The notes beneath the pieces are model-generated. The model ran no database searches. It was not told the origin of the DNA and saw only the letters and a list, made by a program, of their open reading frames with translations. A program made the position numbers and the translations under genes. A stretch of 64,000 bases of DNA, taken from positions 58,528,001 through 58,592,000 of the forward strand of contig OX597828.1 in assembly GCA_951406725.2 (NCBI GenBank), in the 5' to 3' direction. The DNA comes from Octopus vulgaris. Lineage: Eukaryota. Positions within the stretch are counted from its first letter, which is position 1; every line of letters starts with the position of its first letter. Shown piece by piece: positions 26,303 to 39,161 of the stretch.

Positions 26303-26984
26303 TGAGTGCAAGACTGGAGAGTCTGAGGAACTTTTTTTTCGCCAATGACTAAATTCTTATGAAAGACTTTTTCCTAGAGCTACAAGAACAGTTCTAAACT
26401 TGAAAGAATGGTCTTATGGAAGCTGGTTAAATGGGTGATTGATATATTGGTTAGGCTGTGTATGATTCCCCTTATTAAAACCAATTCACCATTTGAAGTT
26501 TACGATGATTCCATTTATATAAATACAGAGATTAATTGTCAAAAGTATTAAGTTGAATACCAGGAGTGAATCTATGTCCATATTTGATGAGAAATGTGAA
26601 TGTATGTTGGCTACAAGTGAGAGTCTCTTAGAGGCAGGAATGTTCTGTGGTCACTATGGACAAATTCTTTTTAACCCAAGGTCAAATGGTGACCAAGAAT
26701 TTTCTGTATTCATCTGTATCTTCTTGAACCTCTGCCTTTTCAGGAACCTTTGTTCTGATTGTCCTGTTTTTTTCTACATTTATGACCATATTTTGGCCTG
26801 TAACTGCATGGAAATTTCCATTCAAATCATGCGATCACACAATCTACCTGAAATACGATTGGTCAGAATTCAGGACAAATCAACTCTTTTTCATCACTAA
26901 GATATCTGGGTTTCATAATTTCAGGCCTTGTGCCTTTAGTAGGATTATAATAATAATAATAATAATAATAATAAAGAAATCCTG

Positions 26985-27642
26985 TGAAAATACCCGATTG
27001 GTTAGCAAGAGGTATTACTTACCTACTCCTGAAGAATAATGAAACCAAATTTCCCCAAAACTATCAGTCCATAATATGTCTATCTACCACGTATAAAATT
27101 TTAACATCTATCCTTGTGGAAAATACATACAAATGTATGGAACAGAACGGTATTTTACCCCCCACTGGACAAAAAGGGTGCCGACGAGGCTCATATGGAT
27201 GCAAAGACCAACTCTTAATCAATCACATGATCCTTGAGATAACTAGTTGAGCATGTCCCCTAGTGGTTAATGATATGTGCATTTCTGATCATGAGCAGAA
27301 GTAGTGGGGGAACATCATAGCCATGTGTTGAGAGAAATTCTTTGGGGTTTGGATAATTCACCTCTGGAAACATGGGTGTTTTGTTCAACATCCTTAAACA
27401 GCCCATATTCAGGGCCCTTTTGAGTGGGATAGGCTACTTGACCTGAAGAAAATTCTAACTGGGTCCCACCTGCAAGGTCATGCACTGTTTATTTTAATAT
27501 GAGATCACCATGTTATGCACATATGGTTGTGATGCATGTGCCTAGTGTACCCTTATCAAGCGGGTAGTCCTGATGGGTATACTGGGTTTCGTATATTTTA
27601 CCCCAGTGTCACTTTGATGGCATGCACTGCTCTCTGTCTCAA
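26985..27642 (+). mobile_element. R4/Dong-clade non-LTR RT fragment fused to its 3' region
   Basis: PDWLARGITYLL..NYQSIICLSTTYKILTSIL..QKGCRRGSYGCKDQLLIN; (TAA)n on both sides. Confidence 0.8.
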
Positions 27643-29099
27643 TAATAATAATAGCTTCTACCACTAAGAGTAGCTAATAGCCATTCTTAGTTTCTGAGGA
27701 CCTTGTTTTTGGCGAAATCAGTTAAAAACAGAAACTCTGTATGCTAGGGTCTTCTTAGTAGTCACTGAATACCATATTTTCTGACATGTAGTCTAAACAT
27801 CCAAACATCCAAACAATCTTTCTAAATCCTGCTGCATTTCACTCGGGACTTTTGGTTCTCCAAAGTCATCTGGGTTCTCCAAAGTCATCTGGGTTCTCCA
27901 AAGTCAAATTCCCTTTTTCAGCTGTAAATTTTTGTCTGCAAAATTCAACTTGTATGTGGGAAAAGATTGACAAGACCCTTAACTCTTTGAGGGGTCACTG
28001 GGACACTGCAGCTATGCAGTATAGCTAGGGCAAGAAAGCCTGCTGGAGCCCATCCCTCTCCAGACTAAACTCATTTCTATAGCTGAGTGGACCGGAGCAA
28101 CATGAAATGAAGTGCTTTGCTCAAGAACATGACGGATCACCCAGTCCAGGGATCGAAACCACAATCTTCTGGTCATGAGTCCAACACCCTCACCACTAAG
28201 TCACACGCCTCCACTAGGGAAAATATGGTAAAACTCTTTTATCTAGATATTCAGGTTGGCAGGGTTAAATGATCTACTTTGTATTCATTTTACCATTGAC
28301 TTGCTTAGGAATTTAATTGATTTCATTTGATTAGGAACAAAGGAAGACAGTTCCTAGATTAGAGTGTTTTCTTGAACCCTGCTGAATAAACTAAACATTC
28401 TTGGTGCAACTTTAGTTATATGGTTGTTGCACCATATTTTTCATCATACAGGTCAAATTTTTCAAACCAAAATTTTCAGGTAAAAAGGTAAGTCAATTTA
28501 TACACTAAGATGACTTTGGAGTAAAAAAAATTCCATGTCAAATGCTGCTGGATTTGAAATGATTGACAATATCTGAATGTTTACACTACATATTACATCA
28601 ATTTGTACATCAGAAAATGCAATAACTGATGCTGTTGTTAACTCCCACGTCAGCCCTGCTTAAGCAAAACTAAGATCAAATACTTTCTATCATCCTCATA
28701 TGTTTACAGACAATAGCTTATCCCAGACTTCTAGAGTGTGATTTGGGAGAAATTTGGCTTCTATCTCTAGCTGTCATTGGCCAGTAGAATTTATATGAAA
28801 GGGCAGAGCCAGAATTTTTAATAAGAAATTATTTGTTTATGAATGTTTGATTGTGCAGAAATGAAGAGTATTTCTAAATGCTTAAGGAAAATGAAATGCA
28901 ACTGGAAGTATTTTAATTATTGTCTTCAAATAGATTATGTAGAATTATATAAATTATTGTCTTCACCTCTTTTTTGTTCCAACACACAAGACATCAGCAG
29001 CTAGTTTGAAAAGGAATTTGGTTGTTCCAATGGCATTTAAGATGCACTTCTATAGAAGCCTTCTTAATCACTTATGTGTTTCTTTTGTTTTTAATGCAG

Positions 29100-29273
29100 G
29101 CGTCACTATTGCAAGCACCAAGATTGCACCTTCATACACCCAGGAGCAAAAACAGAGCCAGTGACAGAATATAGTGCAAGATACACAGAACATGAACTTG
29201 GAAAAGTTGAATCATTTCGTCCAAAGCACGCACCTTTACCAGATGGGAAAATGGAATGTAAATCTATACAAAG
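29100..29273 (+). CDS. SAXO: SAXO coding exon 2
   Basis: TTTAATGCAG acceptor; (G)RHYCKHQ...VTEYSARY...ESFRPK...MECKSIQ(R); GTATCA donor; phase 2/2. Confidence 0.92.
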
Positions 29274-29503
29274 GTATCATGATTTAAATATTCAGGTTGG
29301 TAATTGTGATGACTCAACTTTGAGTTGCAATAACAGAAGAAACACCACGATCTATATTCGAATTTAAAAATATGATATGAGATAATTAAAAAAAAGAAAC
29401 GATACCCTAGATATCAGTTTGATTAACTTATTGGTTTATTAGTTGGTTTTACAACAATACTTATTTTGATTGTATTTTATGGATTGAAGGGTCTTAAAAT
29501 AAG

Positions 29504-30340
29504 TATGAGGTGATATCAAAAGGTTTCTGAACCACTTATGTTTAATAAAAAATACCTTACTTAATTAAGTATTAACATCATCTTTGAAATAGTCACCTTG
29601 TGCGGCAATACACAGGTCCCAGCATTCCTGCCACTTTTGGAATCCAGCCTGGAAGTCGATTTCCATAAAGAAGTCGATGACCTTCTGTGATTTGCTCTGG
29701 ATCTTGACAATGGTTTTAAAACGGTGACCTTTGAGCTGCGTTTTCATCTTGAGGAAGAGATGGAAGTCCGCAGTTACTAAATCTGGAGAGTATGGCAGCT
29801 GTGGGAGGGATAGCATGTTGTTTTTGGTAAGAAACTCACAAGTGAGGCGAGCTCCGTGACAAGGTGCATTGTCATTGTAAAGAATGCAATTCTTCGTGCT
29901 TCACCGATTCAGTCACTTTCGAGGAGTGCCCACCCTCACTCAAATGCTTCCAAATGTTGCAGTCATCATCATTTAACGTCCGTTTTCCATGCTAGCATGG
30001 GTTGGAACTCTCAATTGATGGTCTGGCCATGGGGAACAAATTCTCAATGCCCAATACCACATTTCTGGTGGTGACACTCATGGACATTCATCCAGATCAC
30101 TCATTGTCTTCCAGGGACGTTCTTCTGCTTTTGAAGCAACCGTGCCACTCAAAACATTGCGTACAACCCATTGCTTCTTCTCTGTAATCTTGCCAAAGCA
30201 TGCTCAATGTTTCTTTAGCAGACTTCTTAAGTTTAATGCAGAATTTCATGTTGGTTCTTTGTTCCAACTTCATGTCAATGACCAAATCACAGACTACAGC
30301 AGACACGTGATCACAAAAACACAAATTTCACAACTTGGTC
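29504..30340 (-). mobile_element. Degraded mariner transposon
   Basis: ORF 30097-30324 is the HTH region; ORF 29565-29816 has PYSPDL..DFHLF..LKGHRF..W..CIAAQGDYF; TIR-like TATGAGGTGATATCAAAAGG at 29504. Confidence 0.85.
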
Positions 30341-30369
30341 CCTAGAGCAGTGGAAGAATGTTCTTTTCT

Positions 30370-30990
30370 CAGACGAGTCATCCTTTACCTTATTTCCGAC
30401 CATCGGCCGAGTATACATGTGGAGAAAGCCAAAAAAAGCATTTTACCCAGACTGCCTTCTTCCAACTGTTAAACATGGAGGAGGATCTGTGATGATCCGG
30501 TGTGTGTGTGTGTGGGGGGGGGCTATATCTTGGAAATCTGCTGGCCCAAAGGTTTCCCTTCATGGCAGAATTAATAGTCAAGGCTATTTAAGCATTTTAT
30601 CTGATTAAATTCATCCTGTGGTTGTTTCTGGGGGGAAACACAATCTTTCAGGATGATGATGCTCCAATTCACACAGCTAAAGTTGTTACATATGTATACA
30701 TGTATACGTATATACATGGGTTTTGTTTTGACGATGAGGTTTTTTCCCCCTTTCTCAAAAGATGTCATTACTTTTTAGACAGTACTTCTTGATATACCAA
30801 ACATTTTGGCTGTTTTCATTATGCTAGCGCCTGCCATACGAGCACCAACAATTTGACCCCTTTGAGAGTCCGATAGATCTGTCATTTTAATGAATTTTAA
30901 TTACCTTTTTATGATGATATCGGAAAAGAAACAGCAATTTTAGCAAAACATATTTTCTTAACCTTAATTCTTTAAGCTTATATTTGACCA
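30370..30990. mobile_element. Rearranged Tc1 transposon fragments
   Basis: + strand 30370-30690: PTVKHGGGSVM..FQDDDAPIHTAK. - strand 30720-30890: MTDLSDSQRGQIVGARMAGASI..A..FGISRSTV. Confidence 0.8.
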
Positions 30991-31226
30991 ATATATATGT
31001 GTATACTCTTTACTCTTTTATTTGTTTCAGTCATTTAACTGTGGCCATGCTGGAGCACGACCTTTAGTCGAGCAAGTCAACCCCAGGACTTATTCTTTGG
31101 AAGCCTAGTACTTATTCTATTGGTCTCTTTTGCCGAACCACTAAGTTACGAGGACGTAAACACACCAGCATTGGTTGTCAAGCGATGTTGGGGGGACAAA
31201 CACAGACACACAAAAATATACACACG

Positions 31227-31268
<42 letters not shown>

Positions 31269-32166
31269 TATGACGGGCTTCTTTGAGATTCTGTCTGCCA
31301 AATCCACTCACAAGGCTTTGGTTGACCCGAGGCTATAGTAGAAAACACTTGCCCATGGTGCCACGCAGTGGGACTGAACCCGGAACCATGTGGTTGGTAG
31401 GCAAGCTACTTACCACACAGCCACTCCTACGCCTATAGCCATCTTTTATATTTTACTTGTTTCAGTCATTAGACTGTGACCATGCTGGAGCACCACCTAA
31501 AAGAATTTTTAGTTAAATAAAACAACCCCAATACTTTTTACCCGGTAGTTTTTTTTTTAAAGCCTGTTACTTATTCTATTGGTTTCTTTTGCTGAACTGT
31601 TAAGTCACGGGGATGTAAACACACCAACACCAGTTGTCAAGTGGGAGTGGAGGACTAACACAGACACAAAGATACAGATACACACACACACACACATGGT
31701 TAAGAAGTTTGATTTGCCAATCATATGGACTTGGGTTCAGTCCCACTGCATGGAACCTTGGGCAAATGTCTTCTACTGTCACCTCCAGGGCCAACTAAAG
31801 CCTTGTGAGTGGACTTGGTAGGCAAAAACTAAAAGAAGCATATTGTGTGTGTGTGTGTGTTTTATTTGTTCTCCATCAATGCTTGACAACTGATTTTGGT
31901 TTGTTTACGTTTCCATAACTTAGCAGTTTGGCAAAAGAGACCAACAGAATAATTACCAGGCTTAAAAAAGAAAAAAAAGCACAGGGGTGAATTTGTTTGA
32001 CTAACCCCTTCAAGATGGTTCCCAGCATGATTGAAGTTCAATGATTGAAGCAAATGAATGCTAAAAAATAGGAAATATTTGTTTTTAATAGAGGAAAGTA
32101 TAAATTGAGAGAGAAATGTTTAAAATGTGAATGTTCAGTTATGATGTTTGTGATTATTTCTTGTAG

Positions 32167-32279
32167 AGAAGATTTCCAACCTTATCAGCTTGAAAAGAAA
32201 TGGGTTCGACCTCAAGAGATTTGGCAGAAGCCACCAGGAACAATCGACAATCTTACTTCATACAATATAACTTATACAG
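32167..32279 (+). CDS. SAXO: SAXO coding exon 3
   Basis: TTCTTGTAG acceptor; EDFQPYQLEK...PPGTIDNLTSYNITYT(G); GTAGAG donor; phase 2/1. Confidence 0.9.
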
Positions 32280-33299
32280 GTAGAGAGAATAATTAACATT
32301 TAATTTTAATTACTCATGGTTATGTTTTATCTTGAAGGAGATAATGAATAGTATTTCATTATCCCCTACCAACAATTATTTGTATATAACTAAATGTTTA
32401 TATAACTTTACAAAAACTTACTTGTTCTGAGTCAAATCAACTTGCTAAATTGCCAAGCGCAAAAGATGTGTGGTTCCCAAATGTTCTGCTCATGTGTATC
32501 AAATACAATAGCTGTGAGGGTCAAGGTGCTGGATTGCTGATCAAAAGGTCAGCAGTTTAAACTTTTATTACAACAACAGCAATTGTATTATATCCATAGA
32601 CTCAGTCTGCTTAGTTGACAATGGGTTCTGCAATAATATTTAGTATAATCGTTTATGAATTTGTGTTGCAAAATTCCTGATGTGAAACCATGTGTTGAAA
32701 CAGATATTGTTATATTTTGGGGGAATGGACTAAGTAGGAGGATACACATGGATGGAAAAGGTCACTGATGAAGTCACAGTTGTGTGACAATGGACATAAG
32801 ATAAAGTAAGGACAATGATAAACAAACAAATATATAGTGCTTGTGTTTATTTTGCAAAAAAATAAAAAAACGACCATCCCGAAATATAACAATAAATTTA
32901 GTATAATATTTGTGATTAAGTGGTTTAGAAGCAAGAATGACAATTAGCTATGAAAAATAAATTACTCTGATTACAAACTTGCAAATTTTCAAATGCATCC
33001 AGGCCATAGTTGCTGCAGTATGGCAAGCAAATGAAATATTTGTCCTTGCTTTCTAATACAATGTAGTGTACCTGTTTAGAATATTAATTAACAGCTACCT
33101 GGCATGAGCCTTTGTATTCATCAATGACACAATTCTTTCTACTATAGATACAGGGCCTGAAATTTTGTGGAAGGGGGCCATATCAATTACATGAACCTCA
33201 GTGCGTAACTGGTACTTATTTTATCGATCCCCAAAGGATGAAAGGTAAAGTCGACTTTGGCAGAATTTGGATTGTTTTGCTGTGAATGTATTGTTATTA

Positions 33300-33936
33300 T
33301 TTACTATGGCTGGGTTCCAGCCCAGACTGCAGCAATGAAGCCCACCCTCCACACTTCTCAGTCCATCATCACTGCCTCAAGGTCCTGGATACATTCCAGG
33401 CCAGCATCACTGCCTCAAGGTCCTGGATACATTCCAGGCCAGCATCTGCAATCAAATTGCTAATGTAAGTCTGATGATGTTTTCCTTTTCTTACGTTGCC
33501 ATGAAGTGGGTTCCACATGACCATTTTTGGATGCTTCCAGTTCAGGGTGGTGCATGCAGTGACCAGATAGTTGCAGCTCCCTCCAACAAGTCATCCTAAC
33601 GAGACGTCTGTGTTGGCTGGGTCATGCCCTCTGTCGTCAACCAGGAGAATTCATCTACAAAGCAATTGCCCCAGCTCCCCTTCAGGGTTGGCAAAAGCAA
33701 TGTGGTGGACAACGAAAAACCTGGCTGATGACAGTCAAGGCTGATCTGGAACCCAACCTAGGCTCCCATATCTACGGCATTCACCACTTGAATAAGGAAT
33801 GGTTGGAGATCACGTGGTCGTTAGCCTCAGATCGCCAGGCCTGGTCGGCGTTTGTGAGAGATGCAGCATTGAGGATGCATGAAGCCAGCTCAACCCACCC
33901 TGGGTGAATGTTGTTTCAAGTCAAGTCAAAGTCAAG
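33300..33936 (+). mobile_element. 3' end of an RTE-like LINE with (CAAGT)n tail
   Basis: GC-rich degraded coding-like sequence ending ..DRQAWSAFV.. followed by TCAAGTCAAGTCAAAGTCAAG. Confidence 0.55.
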
Positions 33937-34743
33937 CTGCCTTTGCTTGATCTTCTGACTAACTTTCACAGAATGGTATAACTTGAACACATTCAAGATA
34001 ATAGACGTTCTTTTACAAACCTCCAACTTTTTTTTTGTTTGTAGTTTCCATTGCATTACTGTATTTTCTGGCAGATAAATCAACATAATATACAAACTTG
34101 CATCATAAACATTAAAACATCATCACTTTTCTTTCAAATTCTGCTGCAATTTTTTTTGTTTTCAAAAGTCATTATGGCGTATAATTTGACTTACCATTTT
34201 TTACTGTAAATTTTGGTCTGAAAAATTCAACTTGTAAACCAGAAAATATGAAAAATTGTTGCAAAAAATCTCCTGGAACCAATGCCACTAAGCATTTTGT
34301 CCAGCGTGCTGATGATCCTGCCAGGATACCAATTACAGAACAACAAATCATTGAACCTTTGGCATCTAAACCAATGCTCTATTGTCTCAGTCAAGTCTCT
34401 TGATCACACCTGTGATGGTTTGTGGCCTAGTGGTTAAGGTATTGCACTCATGATTGTGAAATTACGGTTTCAATTCCTGGACTGGACAGTATGTTGTGTA
34501 GTTGAGCAAAACCCTTCATCTCACATTGCTCCAGTCCACAACAGCTGTAAAGAATAATCTTGTGATGCACTGGCATTCCATTCAGGGAGAATGTTGTGAT
34601 CTCTGTCACTTAATATGCTAAGGGAACTGGGGGAACCAACCCTATGCGTCTTAGAACTGAAGACAGTCTCATCCAGGAGACTTACTTCACTTTTCTTTAC
34701 TCGATTGCTCCTTCTTCAGCATGAATGTTTTCTTTTTATTCAG

Positions 34744-34830
34744 GGAGACAGTCGGCCCCAGTTAGACCTATCCGACATGACAAGTTAACTCTTAGCGTCG
34801 GCAAATTTGAAGGTGAACCAACCTATAGAG
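34744..34830 (+). CDS. SAXO: SAXO coding exon 4
   Basis: TTTTATTCAG acceptor; RQSAPVRPIRHDKLTLSVGKFEGEPTYR; GTAAGT donor; phase 1/1. Confidence 0.9.
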
Positions 34831-35227
34831 GTAAGTAAGACACTGGTAGCGGTGGTGGTGGTGATAACGATGACAATGATGGTGGTGGTGGTGATGATGG
34901 TGGTGGTGGCGGCGACGACGATGACGATGATGCATTACTTGTGGCTAGTATGATGCTATATTGTCTTCTTTAGTCCCATTTAGTCCTTTCCAGTCACTTG
35001 AGTCAAATAGAGTCAAGTTCAGTGGTTTCACAGAGGAGCAGAAAGTTGTAGAATATATTACTGCTCAGATTTTCACAGAATGGTATTACTTGAACACATT
35101 TTGAAATTACAGACATTCTTTCACAAACCTTCATGGCTTACTTTTTTTTTCTTTTTTAGTAGTTTCCATAGCATTACTTATTTTCTGGTATACAAGTCAA
35201 TTTAATATATAGTGTAGACTTGTAGTA

Positions 35228-35582
35228 TCTCTCTATATATAAAAGGCAAAATGTCTGTGTGTGTGTCCTTTATACAAATCCACAATTTTTCAGTTAGAGG
35301 GCTCGCACTTTCTATGGTCATTCAAAACCGTCCAAGGGTGGTCGTGCACATCTTTACATTTCCCCAGTCACCCCGCAAAGCCATTAAAAAATCAATAGAA
35401 GTGACTTTTTTGTGAATTTTCTATTCCAAACCTAATCAAAATGCCCGAAACTTGATACGCCAATTGAATGCTAGCTAGCTGTATGTGATTGGTCGGAGAT
35501 TTGGACAGTACTCGCGTGTATGTGCGCACGCACGCAGCTGTATATGCATGTACTAGCACTATAACCCGGGTCATAGTGCTAG
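35228..35582 (+). mobile_element. Non-autonomous Helitron
   Basis: A|TCTCTCTATATATAAAA start and CTAG|T end with terminal palindrome; empty-site paralog at about 34095-34110. Confidence 0.88.
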
Positions 35583-36624
35583 TAAACATTAAACCATCAT
35601 CACTTTCTTTCCAAATTCTGCTGCAATTTGCATGGAATTTTTGGTTCTCTAAAGTCACCCTTGCGTATAAGTTGACCTCCCACTTTTGGCTGTAAATTTT
35701 GGTCTGAAAAATTCAATTTGTATGCTGGGAAATATGAATAAGCTGATGTGAAAAAATCTTCTCGGTACTATCAATGTCTTGCTAGTAACATTTTCCACAG
35801 GCTGAATTAAACAACTCACCCCCAATAAACCAATGAAATACACTGGAATTCTGGTTTAAAAAAGCCCATATAACATCATACGATTATGCAAAAAAATGTT
35901 TTTTATGTGATTTAAGGGTGATTTAGTTATTTTTAGCACATCTCATGACCTTCCTGTGTCACTCTGACATCTATTTTGATGGCATACACTGCTCTCTCAC
36001 TCAATAATAATAATAATAATAATAATAGTGAAAATCCTTTCTACTATAGGCACAAGGCCTGAAATTATTTTGGAGAAGAAACTAGTCGATTACATCGACC
36101 CAGTGTTTCATCATCGTTTAACGTCCATTTTCCATGCTAGCATGGGTTGGACGGTTTGACTGGGGTCTGGGAAGCCAGGAGGCTGCACCAGGCTCCATCT
36201 GATCTGGCAGTGTTTCTACAGCTGGATGCCCTTTCTAACGCCAACCACTCCGTGAGTGTTGTGGGTGCTTTTTACGTGCCACCGGCACAGGTGCCAGAGG
36301 AGGCTGGCAAACTCAACTGATACTTAATTTATCAACTTTGAAAGGATGAAAGTCGACCCTGGCAGAATTTAAACTCAGACTATAAGGACGGACAAAATTC
36401 CACTAAGCATTTTACCTGGTGCATTAATGATTCTGCCAGCTTGCTGCCTTGTTAATAATAATAATAATAATATTAATGCTTTCTACTAAAGGCACAAGGC
36501 CTGAAATTTTGTGGGAGGGGACTAGTCGATTACATCGACCCCATTATTTCACTGGTACTTAACTTATCAACCCTGAAAGGATGAAAAGCAAAGTCAACCT
36601 TGGAGAAATTCGAACTAATTTTTT

Positions 36625-36769
36625 AATGCTTTGACAGACATTCTCTGGAAAAATACTTTGGACGACACCAAAACTATGGCATTCTAGGCATAACACCAAC
36701 TTGTTGCCTCTTGAGCTCTCTGGATGAGATTTGGAGTCAACTCGTACAAATACAAAGCAAAAGCCAAAC

Positions 36770-36830
<61 letters not shown>

Positions 36831-36958
36831 CAAACACTAAGTACAAAACCAAATATATGGCACCCTCGGCATAACACCAACATGAACTTCCAACTCTTGA
36901 GGTCTCTGGGTGAGACTTGGAGCCAGCTTGTGCAAATGCAAAGCAAAAGTCAAACATA
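36625..36958 (+). mobile_element. Two tandem 3' ends of a (TAA)n-targeting retroelement
   Basis: GGCATAACACCAAC...CAAAGCAAAAG(C/T)CAAACAT occurs twice, each followed by a long (TAA)n run. Confidence 0.6.
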
Positions 36959-36982
36959 AATATAATAATAATAATAATAATG

Positions 36983-37023
<41 letters not shown>

Positions 37024-37078
37024 TAGTAATAAGATGATGATGATGATGATGATATGTACACATTTTCTTATTTTTTAG

Positions 37079-38037
37079 CTGATTACAAGAAGTGGGACAA
37101 AATTCCATCAAAAAAATATGGCCCAGTATACAGTTGGAGTCCACCAACACAGAAATTGGCTAATGAATCAACATTCACTCGAGATTTTAAATACAACTAT
37201 GAACCACCAAGAAAAAGCATGAGACCAGAAATTTTAAGCAAGATAGAGCCACCATTGGAAGACAAAACTGGCTATCGTGAAGATTATGTAGCACATTCAC
37301 TGCCACCGAAGGTTTTGAAAGAAAAACAGACCTATAATCTTCCAGCAGTCCCTCTTGACTGCTTAACAACTTCTAGGCATGATTATCAAGGCCAATCCGG
37401 TCCGCGCACACTCAGCTACAAACCAAAACTTACTCCTGTATGTGCACAAGAACCATTTCCTGACATGACAACATTCAAACAAGATTTTTGTGAATGGCCA
37501 ACAGAAAAGCGAAGCATTCGCCAACCAACTCAGTACGTAAAACCACCTGGGAAGGTGGAGCAAGATACGGTACATAAACTTACTTACAAAGAGTTCCCTG
37601 TTCAGCATACAACTAGTTATCGACCTAAAACAAGCCACAGACCACTAGGAAACATTGAGAGCAACACAAGCTACAATACGGACTACAAACGATTTGATGT
37701 TCCTCCAGTGAGAATTAGCAAAAAGGAGTCTTATGCACCACCTGAAGTACCATTCCAAGGAATTTCAACTCACCAAGCCCACTTCATTGAGCATCCAAGG
37801 ACACAGACCAAAAGTTTCAAACCAACGAGTTTCCAAAGAACTGATGAAGCTCCTTTAGATGACAGCACAATGTACAGAAACGAGTACACGCCCAAAGAAG
37901 TCCCCGTCTGTCCAATTATCTTTCTTAACACTGACAAAAGCTTGTATGAGTTTGAAGGAAACTCTAAGACAGGCCATCAGTTATATAAACCTTTGTCCTC
38001 ACTGCAAAGTAAAAGAGCACAACTTGTGGCAGCCTAA
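37079..38037 (+). CDS. SAXO: SAXO coding exon 5 (terminal), Mn-motif repeats
   Basis: TTTTTTAG acceptor; (A)DYKKW... with repeated TxY/FxxD/EY/F motifs (PLDCLTTSRHDY, TTFKQDF, TSYNTDY, STMYRNEY) and a YEFEG..TGHQLYKP C-terminus as in SAXO1/2. Spliced CDS is 1371 nt = 456 aa. Confidence 0.95.
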
Positions 38038-38445
38038 AAAAATATATTTTCATCAGAAAATGTTAATAGTTTGTACACAGTTTACATCTTTGAGTGGAGG
38101 AAAACGTTCGACTTTATTAAGTGAATTGCTTAATAATTAAGAATTATCAAACATTAATATTGTTAAGGTGTTGTCCTGTCGTCGTGTAGTTTAGTTTCAA
38201 ACTAATATCTTCTCTATAATACCATTCACTACACACTTTCTAATGGAAATATATTGTTAGCACAGCACACAAATATGTTCAAATTGAGAAAGTGTCATCA
38301 TAATACAAAAAGAAAATATATTACAATGTATGTGAAACATATTTCATAAATGAGATCAAACTATCTTTGAATTTAGTCGGCAGAACCCTCAAATATAGTG
38401 CTGCTCTTCAGAATAATATCACTACATCTTCTCTATTCACACACA

Positions 38446-38511
<66 letters not shown>

Positions 38512-38544
38512 CTGACCACTTTAAATCTTGCCAACTGAGAACAA

Positions 38545-38593
38545 AAAACTTGTCTGACGAGGTCTAATGAGACCGAAACAAGTCAACAGCTTT
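38545..38593 (+). ncRNA. Minimal type I hammerhead ribozyme motif
   Basis: CTGACGA(38554)-GGTCT aatg AGACC-GAAAC-AA-GTC(38584): all core nucleotides intact and a perfect 5-bp stem II; stem I imperfect. Confidence 0.65.
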
Positions 38594-39161
38594 AAGGATA
38601 AGAGCCATTCCATTCTCATACAGCATTTTCTGAATTTTCAAAAAAATTTCGTTTAATCTCTTGCTGATTATTATTACTTTTTTTTTTTTGGCTTTCCTGC
38701 ATCTCCGGAGGGAACTTTCGTACACTAAATGCCTGGATAATATCAGTTAATCAAAGTTTATCAGCTCACTTCTGTTACACGTGTGAGATATTTCTGCATA
38801 TTAATATGTGACACGTGTGAGATATTTCTGCATATTAATATGAGAGAGAAATGGAAAGAAGATTCCTAATGTTTGGCAATATCTGGATATGGGTGGTGAA
38901 AATGACTTGGTGAAACGACATCATTGTAAATAAATACCAAAAAAATATATTCGTCATATTTGTTGAGAAAGGGTAAAAATGATTAAAAAAAATTAACGTT
39001 TGAAAGAGATCAACATCTTCTAGAGTCAATGTATAATAATCATTTCGGTTAATATTTTGGAAAAAACAAAATGAAAAAGCATTTGTGTTTTGTTTCTTTT
39101 TCTAAACAATTATAGTATGTGTACACACACACACATATGTATGTATACATATGTATATGTA

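Noticed and set aside
27854-27906. 19-bp triplication (also a 34-bp duplication at about 38777-38842 and a 38-bp one at about 33367-33445)
   Set aside because: Ordinary local slippage duplications within repeat remnants.
37054-37078. ATG start of the 327-aa ORF
   Set aside because: It lies in the intron's polypyrimidine tract; the exon begins at 37079.
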